Assembly (NCBI RefSeq): GCF_902459465.1 | Contig: NC_047081.1 | Span: 3,348,001-3,412,000, forward strand | Length of the DNA stretch: 64,000 nt | Direction: 5' to 3' | Source of the DNA: Asterias rubens | Taxonomy: Eukaryota | Shown here: piece after piece, positions 38,104 through 50,323 of the stretch | Position numbering within the stretch: the first letter of the stretch is position 1 | Layout: the number at the start of each line of letters is the position of its first letter | Program-made: the position numbers and the translations under genes | Notes under the pieces: generated by a model | The model's input: the letters and a program-made list of their open reading frames with translations, nothing else | Databases searched by the model: none | What the model was told of the DNA's origin: nothing

Positions 38104-38443
38104 ATAAAGGCACTGGACACTTTGGTAATTCAAATTATCAAAGACCAATATTCCTACTTGGTGTACATGCATAAAGTAACAAACCTGTTGAAATTTGAGT
38201 TCAATTGGTCATCAAAGTTGCAAAAGAATAATGAAAAAAAAAAAACAAAAAACACTCTTGTTGCACAAAGTTTTGCAGGCTTTAGGCCTGAAGTCTTTCA
38301 TTATTTGTGTGAGAAATTACCTTTTCCTCAAAAACTATGTTTCTCACCATGTTTTATGCTATCAACAGCTCTCTGTTGCTTGTTACCAAGTCAGTTTTCA
38401 TGCTATATTTTTAGTATTTACCAATAGTGTCCAGTGCCTTTAA
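38104..38443. mobile_element. Kolobok-type MITE, diverged copy
   Basis: TAAAGGCACTGGACAC ... GTGTCCAGTGCCTTTAA. Confidence 0.75.
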
Positions 38444-38884
38444 AGCCAAGTGCTTTGCCGAGGCTTGAAGTTGTGGCTGATTGCTTCAAGTAACTTGTGT
38501 TACTTGCCTTTACCTAGTTGAGTTGCACTTCTTTAAAGATATTCGATATTGGCATTGAATCTTTGGATTTGATGTATTGCGTTTGTTGTGAGATGTGTTT
38601 TGGGTAAATATACTTCTTGAAGTAGGGTTTGACTGCCATTGGATATGGTCATCAAGTGTGAATAACACTCCTCACTCATGTATGCCTTTCAGCTACATTT
38701 GTATTTGCTGACATTTCAAGACATCTGTACTGTACTCTCAAAACATTAAACTTATTATACAAGACTTTTTGTACAGCAAGTCTCTGGATTTTTAAAATTT
38801 TTAGTTAAACAGACTGATGTAGTATGATTCTGACTTCTATAGAAGTCAGAATCATATTACTTGAACATAGATGTTCATATTGGT

Positions 38885-39612
38885 GAACTTAAAAATGTAA
38901 AATTTCATTGTTGTTTTCAGCAAGTTGCGAATCTGTATATGTTGAGAAAATCAGACTTTGAACGTGAACTATTTATTTAAACTGCTGTTTTGGAGATGGG
39001 TTGTCTTTTTTTTCTTTTAAATTTTACCACCAAAATATAGTTGACTTCTTCAGTTATACAGAACTATGTTTTCAATCCTGCAACTCAATGGTTTTGGCCA
39101 ATATGTGAAAGTTTTAAACAAAATGAACTTAAAATGTAAAATTTCGTTATTGTTTTCACCAAGTTGCGAATCTGCATGTTTTGAAAAAATCAGATTTTGA
39201 ACTGGAACTATTCTTTTAAACTGCTGTTTTTTCGAGATCGGTTGTCTTTTTTTTCTTTTAAACCTTACACACAAAATATATAGATTGTCCGGTAGCTAGA
39301 GGCAGTTTGAATCCTATGTGGTCTAGTTGGTATGACATTGCTCTAGAATTGCAAGGGTCTTGGGTTCGAATCCCACCCGAGTAAAATGCCTGTGATTTTT
39401 TCACAGGACTCGGGGAAAGTACTGAGTATACAGTGCTACACACATCGGTGTATATGGGTAAAAACCAAAAAATTAATATTCTTTATCCCGATGCAAATTT
39501 AACATCTATATTTAAACACAAAATATAGTTGACTTCTTCAGTTAAACAGAACTATGTTTTCAATCCTGCAACTCAATGGTTTTGGCCAATATGTGAAAGT
39601 TTTAAACAAAAT
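38885..39612. repeat. 240-bp tandem duplication; the second unit is interrupted by the SINE-like insertion
   Basis: Units start GAACTTAAAA(A)TGTAAAATTTC at 38885 and 39125. The second unit resumes at 39516. Confidence 0.8.
39281..39515 (+). mobile_element. Second copy of the tRNA-headed element, 5'-inverted, with 12-bp TSD
   Basis: GGTCTAGTTGGTA ... GGGTTCGAATCCCAC head and the same tail as the 2484-2855 copy. TSD ACACAAAATATA at 39269-39280 and 39516-39527. Confidence 0.78.
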
Positions 39613-42600
39613 CTGCTTTCTATAACTTCAGGAATAGTGGAAACATGTCTGCTATCTGGAATACTTTGTAATATTTAAACAGGCATAGACAGTCGTCCAC
39701 AAAAGTATTTCTCAATGTGAATTACGTCATCGTTAGTTGACTTTCAGAGATGGCAATACTCCATTTACACTTGGCAAGGATGTAAAGGTCCCTGTGTCAT
39801 CACACTCTGTGGAACAATAAGACATTAGACAGCTGATGAAGGCAATGATGATGCAGTCTCGAAAGTTTTGATTGAAGTCATTAGCGATGGTTCAAGTTGT
39901 TGGGGGGGGGGGAAGTAGTTTTTGATATTATGATAAATAAATTCTGGCTAGTACTATTTCTGGCAATGAAACCAATGATGCCTCATACATGTCATAAGTG
40001 AACTTAATTACTGTAGCTGGCAAGTTGGAGGAAATCTGTAAACAATGGTGCTCGCTGTGTGAACCAGAAACACTATCACAAAGAGTGTTCTGGGTTCTTT
40101 TAGACATGCACTACCAAATCGTAGTACATGGGACCTATGACTTAATGGCCCAGCTGAAGGACAAAGCATTGATGGTAAAGTATCTTGCTCAAAGACACAA
40201 GTGCCACCATCGAATTTGCACTCTTCCGATCCGAAACTCCAGCTTGAGTCCAACAGCTTGGCCTTTACCCCACAAACCTTTTTAAAAACTCTGCAATGTT
40301 TTTTTTCCATGAAAAGGACACAGTGCAACACCATGTATAAATTGGATGTCTTACCTTAGAAATGTCTTCAAAGGCAGGAATTTCAAAAGGAGATAATGAT
40401 GTAAAAGTCCTTGTGCCTCTGTGGAGAAATAAGACAGTTGATGTGGTCAAACATGATGCAGTCAAGAATGTCTACCGTCCACAGTTTTGAAGTGTTGGTC
40501 AATAAGGGTGCCACGGTTGCCTGCTTTTGGATGCTCGAGTCATTAGCGTTATTGACTAACCTTTTAAGTTAATGTGGCTACAGTCTCTTGAGTTGATCCC
40601 TTGATGGATGACATTCCGAGGAGACGATCCCCGAGGAGCTCTCATTTACTTAGATAAAACTACAAGGTCACCCATGGAGATGTATGGCAACATCCTCCGC
40701 TGACCCTCCCCCATCCTTGTCTGAGAGAGGAGGATTGCCTCCGTCTCCGAGGCTCCGTTGGTTGTCATCGGTAAGGCAACCTCCTTGGCAAACAGGGACA
40801 GAGTGCGGGGCGAGGGGCTTAATGTTCGGCCCGGCGGGGCCGCAACTGTATAAATATACCCCCTGCGACTTTCCCCGAGTGTGCGATTATTGACAAGTCA
40901 TATCTAGTTTCAGTGTTGTGGTTGTGGTTTAAACGAGTGAGCATGATGTTATTGTGACCAGGTTTTTATATTTACGTATTTGGATGGGAGTTATGTTTGT
41001 ATTTTAAATGACTATTGTTTTGAGGTATTTAGATTTGACTTTGAGGTAGATGAGGGGATTTAGAATGTGCTTCATTAGAGCCTACACTCCACCCAAAAGA
41101 GATTTGTTTCTGTTTTCTTCTTTTCATGCGCTTTGAGCACCTTATTAGGTGGATACATGCGCAATATAAATTTTCCTTATTATTATTATTAGTCTTAGTC
41201 ACTGTGTTCAACAGCATCTTGTAAGTGCATTTAAGATGAGAGGGGCCAGACTATTTTTCCCACTTCCAGCCTTGGTCTGGCTGTATTAATTTATATCTAG
41301 AGAAAAAAAGCAAGATGCTTTCATAATGATAGAAGTAATACCGACTGGCCGTGGTCTGTGTGACAACAAAGGTATATTGTCTGATCAATACAACCATCCG
41401 AGATGATGTTGTGCGGCATATGACGCTTTTAAAGCTAATGTAATTAATGTCAAGGTACAACATCAACATGATCTGCAATGCATTTTTATTATTATTTTTT
41501 TTCCCTTCTAAGAAATGACCCAAATCAAACGAAGTAGTATATTTATTTACCGAGTATCGGAGCCTTGAAATTTGAAAAGAATCTTTGATGTTTTGTCGTC
41601 TTCCGGGAAATGTTACACGGTCTGTAAATTATACTAAATTAGATTTCTGTGTTTAATCTTTGTGAACATTTTTTCTTAGTTAGAATTTCTACTAGACTTG
41701 CTATATAATTATTTTAATCAGCTTGAGAAGAAAATTAGATGAGGCTTTTTTTGAGTTTCTGATGAAAGATTGTGAAGGGTGGTACGCACCATTAATGATT
41801 AGCAAGTCAATCATACTGGGCTCCATGAGATAGTATCAGGGATTTTCCCTGATTTATGTTCTCTCCTCAAACCTTAAGCCTTCTTGAGAGGAACAAAGTA
41901 GTAGTCAGCATTATTTGTGTTTTAATCCAGAACTCCATTGTTCCCCCCCCTCCCTGAAAAAATAAAATAAAAAATTAATAAATAAATAAGCAAATAAATA
42001 AATAAATAAAATAATTTATTTTTTAGTCATAAAAATAAAATAAATACAATTTTTTTTAAATGCATTTGTTTAATATAATTGGGATCAAAATTGCCCTACC
42101 TTGAAGAGTAGGGCTTTTAAAACCAAAGATAAATATATGTTAGCATGCTTCATGCTCACAAGCTTTCACGCTTTGCGCTCATAGTTCAGTTTTATTTTAA
42201 ACAGCCCATTACATCCCTGCATTGTCCATTTTAATATGAGACTTGGTAACCCATCCAATGACCTGTCCTTGCTGTCAATACTAGAGTTGTTATCCAATCA
42301 GGAAAATCAGTTGAAATTGGGTAGCAACCAATCTGGACTATGAAAAATAGCAGTCGAGCATTAACTAGGCACAGTTCCCATGGCAATCTTTGGTACTAAC
42401 TCAACCTGTTTTATGATGTGACAAAGCTTCATGCTCATAAGTCCCAAACAATCAACATTGGTGAGAAGGGGGGGGGGGGATTTACATCAATCTAGTTCAC
42501 AGATGATGTGGAAAATTTGCTTTCGCATCCTTTGAAAACGATTTTGGTGTACTGTACATAGACAAAGACAACTTTTCACGCTTGGCAGTTTGTATGTGTT

Positions 42601-42680
42601 GTTCTGTTGCATTTCTTTTGAAAAGGAGCACTTACTTTTCTTGCCTTCTTCACATGAGAAAACTCGACCGATTCATTTAA

Positions 42681-43311
42681 GGTCAAACAAAATAATATAT
42701 GTGTTTCCTATTACACCGGCCAAAAAATTAGGGTCGGTAGGGACGAAAACACATTTTATTTTGTTGAATTATTTTATTGCTTCAAAACTTAGGGTAGGAA
42801 CCAATGTTAAAAATATTTTTGCCCTTGCATGTAAATTTCATGTAAATTCAACGATGTCCAAGTTCGACTCGAAAATCTCTTAAAATGACACAGAAAATAA
42901 GCCCCAAAAATCAACATGTTGTGCAATCTCAAGATTGTGCAGCGCAATTAACAGATTGCTAGCATTACGAACTCGCATGTGTAAATGCATACTGCGACCT
43001 CCCAACACACGCTACACACGTCGTCCGTCAGTCGTTGCAATACTAGTACTTGATCAACCATGGATCAATGACGTCTTTTCTTGTAAGAAAATGTGTATTT
43101 TCTAATGCTTTATTTTAAATGTGAAAACATTTTAGAAAAAAGGAAACATCAAATATAATAACGTTAAAGTCGTGCGGTATTTTGTCAAACGGGGAGTGGG
43201 ATCGGGGTTGTTTTATTTTATTTTGTCTGTAAATGTATAAAATTCCGTAGGGTCGGCGTGTTTTTCTAGGGTCGGTCGGGTAACCGGAAACACATATTAT
43301 TTTGTTTGGCC
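42681..43311. mobile_element. Non-autonomous DNA transposon with TAA TSD (PIF/Harbinger-like)
   Basis: GGTCAAACAAAATAAT...GTGTTTCC left end and GGAAACACATATTATTTTGTTTGGCC right end. TAA at 42678-42680 and 43312-43314. Subterminal TAGGGTCGG motifs. Confidence 0.75.
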
Positions 43312-44782
43312 TAAGCAATATGTATACTGTAGTGATGTACAGGATTGATTGAGCTGACAAAACAGTGGCACACCGTATTCATGTTTTGTGTGATCAACCA
43401 TATAAACATGAAGCAGCGAACATGAGCAAACTACTCAATCCAATAAGTGTCACGAGAAATTAGTGATAAATGATGTACAATTTTCAGCATGTAAACAAAC
43501 TGTTTTTATTTTTATTATATATTTTTTATAAAGGTTTTTTTAAATTTTATATAAAGGTTTTGAATATTAGTTAGATTTCATTGGGAAATAATATTACATC
43601 CCCAACACTCAATTTCTTGTATTAATATCATAATCAGTTAAGCTTTTACTGAAATCAAACAATGATAACTTTATATCCTTACCAATTCTGTTTGATACCT
43701 TTAATAATCATAGGTAACATGGAGATCATTTCGCTCTGTTTGAGTTTGATTTCACAGAGAACTGATTTTAAAATGGAATTGTAAAAGGTTTTTCCTGAGC
43801 AATAAACTGGATTTATTTGACAGTAGCAGGTTTGGGAATGAGTCATAGGAGACAACGCCTTTCTCGTGGATTCTTGTTAAAACTGAAACACCTGGTTATA
43901 GAGTGAATAGTAACGACATACCCAGTGTCTCACAGTCATGGGTATGCTCTCTGATGCAAATGAATACATTAAAGGTACTGGACACAATTGGTTATTACTC
44001 AGAATAATTGCCAGCATTAAAACTTACTTGGCAACGAGCAATGGCCTTGGTGCCCCTTCAAAAGTTTCCAAAAGACTAATGGAAGTGCCCTATTCAAAAT
44101 TAAAATAGGATTGCCCTCTCAAAGATGAAATTCAGGGCTGGTGTCACTTGCATGTAAATGTATTGTAAGTGAACAATTTGCACACTCAGTTTTTGAATTT
44201 CCAGCAAATTTGGACACCCTTTTATCAAAACTTGGAAGGTGAATGTACACGCCTCTAGTAAGTAATTAACAGCAGGAAAAGATAATTGTGCACTACAATT
44301 TATTAAGTACATACACATCATGCTGGCTTGAAGCGTGAAATGTAGGCCTCAATGCATGGACGCACACCGGTCCGATGCCATCTCCTATTCGTTGCATCAG
44401 ATGTCTGTTCACGCAGCTTGATTATGCATTTCTCATCTCGTTAATAATGCTGGGTGAGGATTACATTATATGAAGGTGTAACTGTAAAGTGCTGATACGC
44501 AGCCTGTAGCTGTCATGATGAGTTTGTATGCCCCCCCCCCCCTCCTTAAAGTTAGTACGCTCACGTTTTGCCCGAGTAGCAGTAGATTACCCTTTGCTAG
44601 GCCTGTATGCTTCATTTTTTTAGAAAGAGCAAGGGCGTTCTCATTGGTAAAGCTCACCCTATGAGGGAATTTTTACTGGAACATTTCAAGGGCACCGAGG
44701 CAATATCCACAGGAAGTATCGGGCCTGCCCTGTTTGAGAAAACCAATGAAAATCCAGGATTAATTTCACCCGATGTGTTGTT

Positions 44783-45069
44783 TTAAAGGCAGTGGACACT
44801 ATTGGTAATTGTCAAAGACTAGCCTTCACAGTTGGTGTATCTCAACATGTGCATAAAATTAAAAACCTGTGAAAATTTGAGCTCAATCGGTCATCAAACT
44901 TGCGAGATAATAATGAAAAGAAAAAAAACCTTGTCACACGAAGTTGTTTGTGTTAAGATGGTTGATTTCGAGACCTCAAGTTCTAAACCTGAGGTCTTGA
45001 AATCAAATTCGTAGAAAATTACTTCTTTCTCGGAAACTACGTCACTTCAGAGGGAGCCACTGCCTTTAA
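44783..45069. mobile_element. Kolobok-type MITE with internal deletion
   Basis: TTAAAGGCAGTGGACAC ... CCACTGCCTTTAA; the family's right subterminal segment is missing. Confidence 0.75.
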
Positions 45070-45668
45070 AGGAACAGTTTCAATATCAGTGTTGAAATTG
45101 GGAAAGGTCTCCTTTCTAAACTTTTGGTAAAAAATAAGTAGCAGAAATTCACTGCCTGATCTGAAAAACATTGCTGCTGAGAATCAATTTTCTTTAAGCA
45201 GTCTCAAATTGATTGATCTCAAAACGAGCACTCCACACATCCTGAGGTTTCGTCCTCACAATGTTGACTTGAATCAAGACTAACATCCTGGTACCCATCT
45301 CCTGGAGACACCACTCAATGCATTTTCTAAGGCAGTCCCTTGTTTATTAATGGAGCCCAGGGAAAATCATTAGCCTCTTTTCCTGTCTCAGCAGCTGCTT
45401 TCATGCACATGTAATACTGGGTCAGTCTGCAGTAGCTTTTGGACTTGACTATCAACCACTTAAAGGGTGTCTCTCTCACTGTATTTGATAATGCTCTCAA
45501 ACTTGGACTCTGTAACAAGTACATGTAGGTGTACAAGACAAATTCAATAACCCCAGTTGGGTGTAATTTGCAGACCTAGAATTTAATCTTTGACAAAATG
45601 AAGTTGGTAGGAACAATTTGGAAGTTGGCGTTGGGGCTAGATAATGAAACCTTGATGTGGGTGAGGGA

Positions 45669-45830
45669 AGGCCTGTATGTTTCGTTTTCGAAAGGGCAAA
45701 AGGCAACATGGCATTTTCTCCTTTGAGGAAATTGTAAATTTCTACCGGAGCAATTAAAGGGCAACAAGGCAATGGCCAGGGGGCATGGAGGCAATCACCT
45801 TGTTGTTGCCTCTTTGAAGTACCAGGCCTG
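45669..45830. mobile_element. Further CAGGCCTG-family MITE (other copies or fragments near 891, 19940, 24000, 36180, 44040, 44598, 48290, 52990, 56350, 60360, 61008, 62340)
   Basis: AGGCCTGTATGTTTCG ... GAAGTACCAGGCCTG with the family's AAGGGCAA..GGCATTTTCTCC..GAGGAAATTGTAAATTTCTAC core. TSD not resolved. Confidence 0.7.
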
Positions 45831-46621
45831 GGCTAGATAAAAGGGGACTTTGTGGGGGGGGGGGGGGGGTTGCATGCCAGGGGTCTAAGAGGTCACATGT
45901 ACTTTTGATGATATCAGCAGCCCTGCGATGTTGTTAACTTAAAGGTATCAGGTGTCTGTGGAATTGTTTGTTGCACATATTTTATGCCACCTTTTTTGTT
46001 TACTTATCAACCAATCGTATTGATCAGTCTACCCTGTCACATAAATGGACATGCACCCATGATTAAACTGACCATCCCCATGTCGCTCTGCAGTACAGTG
46101 CACCACAAATTCAAAGATTGGACATTTCATTTGTTCAGAACTGTGGAGCTCCAAAATTTGCAAACGCACTTTTCATGAGTCCAAATTGCAATAAAAACCT
46201 TAATTCAGAGCAAACTTGCTTGTTGAGGCAAGGTCAGTTTTCTCCAGGAAAAATTGCAATAAGGACCTTATAGTTCTTAGTAAGTGTTACTGTTGCAAGG
46301 CCAGTTTTCACTAGGGAATGTCACCATTTAATAAATCAGAAGGTATCACAGTCTATGCTTTAATTCCCCCTAAAAAATACTCCCTTTCCCCCTTGAGTTT
46401 CACCTAAAAACCGCCTTCTTTCCCAGGGGAAGTTGTTCTTATCTGTAGAATAATGAAAAATTCTGACTTGTACAGATGTTACCAGTTCTATGACTCTCCA
46501 CTGGCTTCCAATTGACTATAAAAATCAATAGTTGTGTCATGTAATGTGTTCACCTGTAATCCACATTAAAATTGCTTGTTCAAAGTGGTCTTCATACCTA
46601 TATGGATCAATAGTATACACA

Positions 46622-47121
46622 TAATGAATGTTTATGAGTGCAATGGTGCGAATATGTTCATGAGTTGAAAGATGGAATGTTCTATTCAACGAGGCGGAGC
46701 CGAGTTGAATGGAACATTCCAGCTTTCAACGAATGAACATATTCGCACCATTGCACGAATGAAAAACATTCATTATTTGTTTTATATAACATCCAAGTAG
46801 ATCTTTGTCATTTTGATTGAAAGATACAACTTTCAAAACAAACAATTTCAACTGTAGAAGCCGAATGCTAGTAATTTTACTATGCCTTCTTGCAGTAACA
46901 CCTGCTGCGTTACCAAAGACACGCGCACGCAGTGATGTTTTTACTCAGCTTTTTCGTTCCATCCGAAAAGTACCATTGCACGCTGCCAGCGTGCAATGGT
47001 ACTTTTCGGATGGAACGAAAAAGCACGGTGAGTGACTCAGCGTGCAATGGTACTTTTATTTGCTATCACGTGACGGACAATCCTCCAATCAAATGGCAAG
47101 GATCTGCTTGGGTGTTATATA
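46622..47121. mobile_element. Multi-hairpin fold-back element, possibly a non-autonomous Crypton-type (tyrosine recombinase) element
   Basis: Hairpin 46622-46775 with loop GAGGCGGAGCCGA. Inverted TATATAACATCCAAGTAGATC / GGATCTGCTTGGGTGTTATATA. Perfect palindrome 46948-47024. The superfamily call is inference. Confidence 0.5.
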
Positions 47122-47731
47122 ATATTGTATAAGAAGATATGGGTGTGGGGGCTTTGGCAGTGTGTCATATTTTGACATTAGGTAGCTTATGACTGCAACT
47201 CTTATTAAATATTTGTCAGACATGTACATTTAGTCTTCTTATTAAATGATATGCCAGTAAAAAAATATGATAAAGGTTAAAGCATTCTCCCTTGGCCTAT
47301 AATAGTGGTCCGCTGGCCAAATGACAACTCAAAATTCTGGCATACTAATCAGGCCGGCTGGGTCATTGAGCTCCCACTGCTGCATGGAAATCACCCACTG
47401 TTCATGTTGCATCAAATATACAAGTCCCACACAAAAGACAAACTTGAAAGGGAACCTTGAAACATAGATCAGTGAAAAGCCCTGGGTAACACATTTGTTC
47501 AGCAGTATGATCAAAGTTGGGAATGAATCCAACGGTTGAAATAAATGTGTTACTGGCTGCTTGTTGTTCAAAATGTGTACTGGACCAATACTGGGTTTTA
47601 CAAGACCAGATTAAGTACAAAAGAATGACCGACTGACACATTTTTAAACTGTGTCAGAAAACATGCAATAAACTGTTCTTATTTGAACCAAAACAAAGAC
47701 ATTACGGTGTAAGATTTATCTAAATTTGTCC

Positions 47732-48105
47732 TTAAAGCCATTGGACCCTTTCGGTAAACAGTATTGTTCAAGGCACACACTCAGTGTATCACAACTTCTA
47801 TATAAAATAACAAACCTGTGAAAATTTAGGCTCAATCGGTCATCGTAGTCGGGAGAAAATAACGAGAAAACCCACCCTTGTATCCGCGCGTTTCGCCGTG
47901 TCATGACATGTGTTTAAAATAAATCCGTAATTCTCGCTAACGAGAATTGATATTGTTTTGTTGTTTTCTCAAAAAGTAAAGCATTTCATGGAATAATATT
48001 TCAAGAGAAGTCTTTCACCACTACCTTCTGTAAACCCTGTAAGTTATTTGTAAATCTGTGAACTTTTATTTTTTTGTCTGTACCGGAAGGGTCCAATGGC
48101 TTTAA
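47732..48105. mobile_element. Kolobok-type MITE, distinct subfamily (TIR AGCCATTGGACCCTTYCGGTA)
   Basis: 25-bp inverted ends including TTAA, with 1 mismatch. Shares AACAAACCTGTGAAAATTT..GCTCAATCGGTCATCG with the main family. Confidence 0.8.
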
Positions 48106-49955
48106 GGGATGTTAAGCATGTTGTTTGCACTTTATTACTCAATATAACTGAAAGGTGAATGCAAGACCGTCGTCGGACTTGTCCAGTCTTTAGCGATGCT
48201 AAAATCACTGGCCTAAGGCCTGTGGTCTTGTGTTAAGTTTGAGCCTTGAACCGTTCCAATACAATTAGGCAATTTCCTATTTATGCACTTTACCAAGGAG
48301 AAAACGCCTTGGTGCCCTTGCCCTTTCCACGAGGCGTTTAAGTTAGCCTCTAAGTTTAATTGTTGAGAAGAGAATTTATGCAGAATTATTTAATGGTGAT
48401 ATCAGTTTGCATTGACACATTCAGTAAATTGTTACTTGAAAAGAAGGTAGTCAAAACATTACGAAATCATCTACTGTCTGTTCCGCTACTTTGTAGGACA
48501 TCCTTTAATCTACAAGAGTGGTATTCCCGCAACCTCTTGTTAGTTTTGCAGGTCAGCCTACGAGCTAAAAATATCCATCCGTCCCAAAATAGACACGCAG
48601 TTGGCATTTATCAATAGTGTATGTGGGTAGAGCGGTCGGTCGACTGAAAGAGGGGTTTATAAAATATTTAGGGAAAACTGTGCTGTGGGTTTTCAAATAT
48701 CTTTAATGGCAGGATTTGGGTTTGGGTTGCTTAAAGGTCAACACATTTTAAAAATTCATTTTAACAATGCTTTCAAGTAAGTAATTGTTTTGTGGGGAAG
48801 AGGGTGGGGGAGTGTTTCATGCTATTTTTAAATGTTTTTGAATTACTTTATGAGCAGAGAAAACCTGAAAACCCAAATCTCAATTTCTAGCAGTTGAAAT
48901 TTATCCTCTTGATCTGGACAAAAACGGTTGTGAACTTTTTTTCTTGACAACAAATGATTTAGCAAGTTGCTTTTAATTAAGACCCCAAACCTTGGTGTGA
49001 ATATCTCCTTGATTGTTTATACACAGGTAGATTGTTAAAATGTTAAACACTCCATGTGTATTGTTTACATGATTAGTGTATGCAAAAACTGCATGTACAG
49101 CAGCATGTGTCGCAGTGTATACAGAATACCTGGTCTCATCCCTGTCACAGCCCATGCGATAAAAAGCAATTACCAATCATATTGAAGGGGGGGGGGGGGG
49201 GGGGGGTGGGCATTCGGTAACCCTGTATAAATAGTATGAGAGCCACTCTAGACCGTTAGAGGGAGAGAGAGATTACTGGCTGTAAACACGTTCTTAGACA
49301 GACAGACCTCCGTGGACTTCCGTGGATGGAGAGAGGAGAAGGGGGGAATCTGAGCATGCTCAGATGATTTGTTTGATTATGGTCATGAAGGAGGATGAAC
49401 TAGAATCAACAATATTATAGTCTGTGGAAGTTGGGGTCATGTTGTGTATTATATTAAATTCATTGTGGTAATGGAGGTAGTTTAGGAGTCTGAGATAAGT
49501 TGTTTAGTTGTGGGGTGATTGTGATTATTCTAAGCATACATTTTTGCTTGAAGGTTAAAGACTGACTTGGAAGGAGAAAGTGGAAAATGTTTAAAGGGAG
49601 GGTGTACCTTTGGTAAATACAGAAATTAACGACCATAGAAATTTGCTTGGTAAAGAGTACCGGAGAGCCGTTGATATTATAAAACACTGTAAGAATTGAC
49701 TTCCTTTTAATTATAGAAAGAGGTTATTTTTCAACCACAAAAATTGAGTGTTAAAAAGGATCCAGTCAAGAGGCCAGAACCGGGCATCTGAAAGCACTCA
49801 ACTCTGTGCAACAAGGGAGTTTTGTTTTTATATTATTTTCTTGCATAAAATGATCAATTGAGCCCCAACTTTAACAGATTTCTAATTTAATGCATATGTT
49901 GGGATGCACCAAGTTAATTAGCAAAAATGATGTTGTTGGATTGTTCAATTTTTAG

Positions 49956-50323
49956 TAAGCTTGGGCAATATCGATTAATTTTATTCACGATATATTGCCG
50001 ACAATATATCGCAATATTCGATAAAATCGCGATTAATTAAATTTGACATCATCAGTCTTCAAACTCTCAGTGAAAGTTGTAGAAGAGACAGTCAAAGCAT
50101 AAGAGAGGTGTTCTAATGACATATTCTTCTGGTTTTACTCCAAACCTATGCGGTGCAAGATGTCTCAGCTAGGAAATACATCACGATATTGCGATACTTA
50201 AGCGATATCGCGATATATCGCGATATATCGATATTTCGATTAAAACCAAATTGATCCGATATCGAAATCGTTTCCAAATTAGTATCACGATATTCGATAA
50301 TATCGTGGTATCGCCCAAGCTTA
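49956..50323. mobile_element. hAT-like MITE rich in ATCG/CGAT motifs
   Basis: TAAGCTTGGGC ... GCCCAAGCTTA termini. Degenerate 8-bp TSD ATTTTTAG/ATTGTAAG. Confidence 0.7.

Noticed and set aside
39327-39392. Possible tRNA gene
   Set aside because: The T-arm is good but the acceptor and anticodon arms are irregular. It is embedded in a repeated element with TSDs, so it is treated as a SINE-like head.
39832-39880. CTGATGAAG ... CGAAA, a possible canonical hammerhead
   Set aside because: No convincing stem II, stem I or ACGU/NUH cleavage context.
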